From contig JAPYUH010000001.1 of NCBI GenBank assembly GCA_029936195.1, forward strand, positions 10,741 to 74,740: a stretch of DNA of 64,000 bases, read 5' to 3'. This stretch comes from Alphaproteobacteria bacterium. GTDB lineage: Bacteria > Pseudomonadota > Alphaproteobacteria > GCA-2731375. The notes below the pieces were generated by a model. It ran no database searches and was not told the DNA's origin. It saw nothing but the letters and a program-made list of their open reading frames with translations. Shown here in pieces: positions 59,998-64,000 of the stretch. The position numbers and the translations under genes were made by a program. The number at the start of each line of letters is the position of its first letter. The stretch's first letter is position 1.

Positions 59998-61158
59998 ATG
60001 AATAAAGAGGACCAATTTTCCGGTGTCGGGCTGCCGGCCGAGACTAGTTTGGATACGGTTCTGACGGGGCGGCGGTTCGAGGCGTTGGAGAATTTTTTTC
60101 GCACCTTCGCTATCCGCCCAGGCGACCGCATGGTCTTTCTGGCCGACCGCAAACTGGACCCTCGGGTCATTCACGCTATTTGCGGGTTGGCCCGCGCGCG
60201 CGGCGTGGACCCTTGGGTGGTCATGAACGAGAGCTCCCAGCATACCGAAGTTCCGCCCGAAGTCCGGCCCATGCTGGAGCAGGCGACCTTTGTCGTTTCC
60301 ACCTGGTTTTGCTCCATCATTGATCCGTTCTGTATTGCGCAGCGCGCCAAGGGTCAGCGCTGGGTGAAAATTACCTACTTCCGCGATCTTGACCTGCTCG
60401 ACACCCCCCAGGCGCGCTTCCCCATCGATTTGGTGGGCGAGATTATCCGCCAGACGGCGGCGCAATATCCGTCTTCGGGAGATTTCGATCTGCATTTCAC
60501 CTGCCCCCGGGGCACCGACCTGACGATCAAGTTTACCGGCGCCATGGGCGCCAATTTGTTGGGCTCCAACCGCTGGCGCGGACAAATGACGGCCGATGAA
60601 CCCGGCGCTTATGTGCATTATCTGCCCACCCACGGCCCAAATCTTTACGACCGCACTTCGGTCAATAACAATGATGACATGGCGGTCTCCTTGAACGGCG
60701 TCGTGGTGCCCAACTGGGCGGTTGGCTTTGAGCGGCCATTCGAGGAAGCGATTCGCGTGCAGTTTCAGGATGACAGCGTCACCGGCGTCGAAGGCAACAG
60801 CGAGACCGCCGCGATCCTGCGCGAGATGCTGATGGGCGGTCAGATCATCGAACTGGGCTGCGGCTTCAACCCCAAGGCGCCCCGGCACACCATTTACCCG
60901 GCCGGCTCTAATTCGCCGGGCGCCTTGCACTACGGAATAGATCTTGCCCAACCATCCGACTACATCCGCCGCACCATGCCCGATTGGGAGGAACCGCCCG
61001 TACACATGGATCTGATCGCCTTCGACGCCACGGTAACCGCGGGCGACGGGACGTTGATCGACGGCGGCCTGCTGACCGCCCTGCGGTCGCCGTCCGTGGT
61101 CGAAAAGGCGCGGCAATATGGCGATCCGGTCGATCTGTTGGAGAACTGGCCGGAATAG
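59998..61158 (+). CDS. Conserved hypothetical protein, possibly aminopeptidase T (M29)/NicX-like fold
   Basis: 386 aa. ATG with a GAGGAG SD. Only weak architectural resemblance to M29/NicX proteins, so the function is not assigned. Confidence 0.4.
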   Translation: MNKEDQFSGVGLPAETSLDTVLTGRRFEALENFFRTFAIRPGDRMVFLADRKLDPRVIHAICGLARARGVDPWVVMNESSQHTEVPPEVRPMLEQATFVVSTWFCSIIDPFCIAQRAKGQRWVKITYFRDLDLLDTPQARFPIDLVGEIIRQTAAQYPSSGDFDLHFTCPRGTDLTIKFTGAMGANLLGSNRWRGQMTADEPGAYVHYLPTHGPNLYDRTSVNNNDDMAVSLNGVVVPNWAVGFERPFEEAIRVQFQDDSVTGVEGNSETAAILREMLMGGQIIELGCGFNPKAPRHTIYPAGSNSPGALHYGIDLAQPSDYIRRTMPDWEEPPVHMDLIAFDATVTAGDGTLIDGGLLTALRSPSVVEKARQYGDPVDLLENWPE

Positions 61159-61208
61159 TCGGGAAGTGTTCTAATGCCCGGCAAATCATGCATCCAGGAG
61201 GAACCACC

Positions 61209-62045
61209 ATGCACATCGGCGCCATGATCTTCGCCACGGACTATTCCATTCGCACGGACGAATTGGCAATCGCCATGGAGGAGCGGGGCTTTGAATCCCT
61301 GTTTCTGCCCGAACATACCCATATCCCCACGTCGCGGAAGTCGGCCTGGGCGGGTGGTCCCGATCTGCCCAAGGATTATTGGCATACCCATGATCCGTTC
61401 GTGGGCCTGGCTTACGCCGCCGCCGTGACCAAGAAATTGAAGCTCGGCACGGGCATCTGTTTGCTGGCCCAGCGGGAACCCATTGTCACCGCCAAATCCG
61501 TGGCCAGCCTGGACATGATGTCCGGCGGCCGCTTCATCTTCGGCATCGGCGGCGGCTGGAATGTGGAAGAGATGGAAGATCACGGCGTCCAATACAAAAC
61601 CCGTTTCGCCCGGATGCGGGAAAATGTCCTGGCCATGAAGGCCCTATGGACCCAGGAGGAAGCCGCCTTCCATGGCGACTTCGTCAATTTCGATGATTGC
61701 TGGGCCTACCCCAAACCGGCCCAGGACCCTCATCCCCCGATTATCCTGGGCGGCGAGACCGATTATACCCTGCGCCGCATCGTCGAATACGGCGACGGCT
61801 GGCTGCCCCGCGCCCGGCACGGTTTTGATGCGGCGGAGAACATGGCGCGCCTGGCCCGCATGGCCGAGGCGGGTGGGCGCGATGCCTCCGAGTTTTCCGT
61901 CAGCGTCTTTGGCGCGCCCGATGACAAGGCCATGCTGGACGGCTGGGCCGAGGCGGGCGTCACCCGGGCCCTGTTGACCCTGCCGTCCGAACCCCGCGAC
62001 GATGCCCTGCGCCGCCTGGACCGTTACGCGGCGGTCTTGAGCTAG
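61209..62045 (+). CDS. LLM-class flavin-dependent oxidoreductase (short ~280-aa subgroup)
   Basis: Luciferase-like monooxygenase TIM-barrel signature. GGAGGAA SD. Confidence 0.8.
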   Translation: MHIGAMIFATDYSIRTDELAIAMEERGFESLFLPEHTHIPTSRKSAWAGGPDLPKDYWHTHDPFVGLAYAAAVTKKLKLGTGICLLAQREPIVTAKSVASLDMMSGGRFIFGIGGGWNVEEMEDHGVQYKTRFARMRENVLAMKALWTQEEAAFHGDFVNFDDCWAYPKPAQDPHPPIILGGETDYTLRRIVEYGDGWLPRARHGFDAAENMARLARMAEAGGRDASEFSVSVFGAPDDKAMLDGWAEAGVTRALLTLPSEPRDDALRRLDRYAAVLS

Positions 62046-62058
62046 GCAGGGTTGCGGC

Positions 62059-62472
62059 ATGGCGCCTTCAGCCCCGATGGAGCTGTTGGATTGCGTCGCC
62101 TTCCTGCTGGTGGACGGTGAACGCTTTCTGGTGGAGCGGCGGCGGGAGGACAAGGTGGTGGACCCGGGCGCCGTCGCCATTCCCGGCGGTCACCTGGAGC
62201 CGGGGGAAAGTCCACTGGAGGCCTTGCATCGTGAATTGCACGAGGAATTAGGCGTCACTACGGCCAATCCGCAATTCATTTGTACCTTGCTGAACCCATC
62301 CGAGGAATTCCGGAAGCTCGAATATTACGCCATTCACGAATGGACGGGTGAAATTGAGAACAACGAAGCGGAAGCGCTGCTGTGGCTGTCCCTGGATAAT
62401 TTCGACGGTCTGGACCTGGCAGTGGACCGGGTGGCCCTGGCGGAATACATCCGGGTTATTGGGAACCGGTAG
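62059..62472 (+). CDS. NUDIX hydrolase
   Basis: Nudix box GGHLEPGESPLEALHRELHEELGV. Confidence 0.8.
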   Translation: MAPSAPMELLDCVAFLLVDGERFLVERRREDKVVDPGAVAIPGGHLEPGESPLEALHRELHEELGVTTANPQFICTLLNPSEEFRKLEYYAIHEWTGEIENNEAEALLWLSLDNFDGLDLAVDRVALAEYIRVIGNR

Positions 62473-62639
62473 CCGCCTCCCCCTGTTTGCCAACTTTGCA
62501 ACTGTAGAGCCATCAACGGCCTTTGCGATGCCCGCGCATTGAATCCAGAAAACCTGGATCATTCGCGTTGGAGAAGTTTTGGGTATTGCCGGTAGTATCC
62601 ACGCACGCGCGTCAAACACCGCGTTACTGGGTTCTCTAA

Positions 62640-62796
62640 ACACGAAATTCCATATTTAATGAATAGAATTATTTATTAATATTATACGATAGTAATATAA
62701 AAATTTATACTATCAATTTTAAGCTAGTGATTTATTATGTCCATTCGGCATACTCTATTTGGTTTAGTATACTGGCATCATTAGGAGTATTTTCCT
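62640..62796. promoter_or_regulatory. Strongly AT-rich (~25% GC) island upstream of the GAF-PAS sensor gene
   Basis: About 150 bp of AT-rich sequence in a ~64% GC background. AGGAG SD lies 7 nt before the TTG at 62797. Confidence 0.5.
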
Positions 62797-64000
62797 TGTC
62801 GTCGGATTGTTCACAGCGTGCGCCTGGCGCAAGTCAGACCCCCGTCGGGAAAATGTTTAACTCGACCGACGCTACGGGGACCGGTGCAAGCCTGCTGTCG
62901 CGGCAACTGGAACTGGTGGGCAAACTGGCGGCCAGCACGGTCCTCATAGATGAGGGTTTGCAACCGGCCCTGCGGGAAATCGCGGAAATTGCCGGGGAAG
63001 TGCTGGACGTGGACCGCGTGGCGATTTGGAGAATTGGGCGGGACGAGACGGAGATCACTTGCGGCGATGCCTTCCAACGAAGCGACGGCAGTCATGTTCA
63101 TGGCCAAACGACAAAAATTTCGGAGCATCGGGAACATATCGAATTTTTGCGGCAGCAGCATGTGGTCGCGGTGGCCGATCTGAACGAAGTGAACGCGTTA
63201 CCGCGGTCAGGTTCTGATTTATTGAAATCACTGGGTGATACCGCACTGCTTGAGGCGACTGTTTGGCGCGAAGGCCGATTTATCGGGACGATGGCCTTCG
63301 CGATGCTTGGTACGCCACGTATCTGGAGTGAGGAAGAACAGGCCTTGGCTGGCGTGTTTGTTGAATTCTTTTCCCGTATTTTTGCAACCCACGAGCGGCG
63401 GGAGCTGGAAGCCGTGCTCCGGGATTACGCCGAATCCGCATCGGATTGGTTTTGGGAGATGGATGCTGATGGCCGTTTTACCTATATCTCGGACCGGATT
63501 TTCGGAGCGACCGGTGATCGTCCGACATCGATTTATGGGAATACTTTTGAGCAGATGGGCCATGAAGTATCTTCCGAGGACCAGCGCAGTCTCAACAGCG
63601 CCCTTGCCAACCGGCAACCATTTCAAAATCTCGTTAGTTGGCGGCAACTGCGAGACGGCAGGGTCACATGGACACGATCAGGTGGCGTGCCGATATTTGA
63701 TGATGAAGGACAATTCGCCGGATATCGAGGCTCGAGTGCTGATATCACCGACACCAAGATGCTTGAACTGGAGAAAACTGAACAAGCAGAATTATTAGAG
63801 GCAATTTTGGAAAATATGCCAACAATTGTCTCGTTTTGTGACCGCGAGTTGCAGTTAGTATTTGTGAACAATGCACACGCAAAATATCATGGACTTGAAA
63901 AATCTGAAATAGTTGGCAAGACTTTGTTAGAAGTTTTGGGGCCGTCGACGGGGGCAAAATCTGAAGATTTTATCCATGAAGTCATCCGGACCGGCGAGCC
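62797..64000 (+). CDS. GAF-PAS signal-transduction protein; the ORF runs off the window end
   Basis: Hand translation gives an open frame to position 64000, with a GAF-like segment followed by PAS-like segments (WFWEMDADGRFTYISDRI...). Start is TTG 62797 with SD, or ATG 62854. The last ~400 nt have strikingly low GC3. Confidence 0.7.

Noticed and set aside
1-64000. CRISPR arrays, tRNA/rRNA genes, insertion sequences and prophage genes
   Set aside because: No short direct-repeat arrays are present. No tRNA-like GTTCGA/T-loop signatures turn up in the few intergenic regions. No transposase, integrase or phage structural signatures appear. The AT-rich islands at 40010 and 62640 have no flanking direct or inverted terminal repeats.

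Overview
High-GC (~63-65%) alphaproteobacterial chromosome segment, Rhodospirillales-like by gene content (DUF1465/RcdA-like protein, SahR-type regulator, DUF2794 protein, Cys-free L31). It is densely packed with about 55 protein genes and has no rRNA, tRNA, CRISPR array or transposase that I can see.

In window order the genes are:
- a 3'-truncated multi-PAS/GAF histidine kinase;
- a Dpp/Opp-type ABC importer with two permeases and two ATPases but no binding-protein gene, followed by a DUF2794 gene;
- TauD-family dioxygenase, GST and amidohydrolase;
- a fused indolepyruvate:ferredoxin oxidoreductase next to a sigma-54 activator;
- pepF and an ABC1/UbiB-like kinase;
- the pntAA-pntAB-pntB transhydrogenase operon and a TPR protein;
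- a biotin-dependent acyl-CoA carboxylase pair with an HMGL-family lyase and a GlpD-like dehydrogenase;
- an unusual CoA-ester catabolic module (DUF35 Zn-ribbon protein, SCP-x-like thiolase, LLM oxidoreductase, GlcG-like protein, HpcH/HpaI aldolase, and a tandem-fused family III CoA-transferase of 759 aa);
- a C-terminally truncated class III adenylate cyclase with atypical codon usage;
- an MsbA-like ABC exporter, rpmE, a DUF1465 protein and hsp20;
- a methionine operon (sahR-like ArsR/SAM-MTase regulator, metF, metH) preceded by an AT-rich palindromic region;
- MFS, cupin, SDR, two membrane transporters, and a MarR-type regulator with a fused hydantoinase/oxoprolinase (HyuA-HyuB);
- a DjlA-like TerB+J-domain protein;
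- a small-molecule catabolic island (FMO, VOC, BenE-like, FAH, M29/NicX-like, LLM, NUDIX);
- a 3'-partial GAF-PAS sensor gene preceded by a very AT-rich island.

The most notable item is a previously unpredicted SelW/Rdx-like selenoprotein gene, about 70 codons, with an in-frame TGA inside a CxxU motif at 55212..55424. The six-frame ORF track misses it entirely.

Many long ORFs in the supplied track are GC-rich antisense artefacts or over-extensions at upstream TTG/GTG codons. I trimmed those to internal ATG starts where the sequence supported it.
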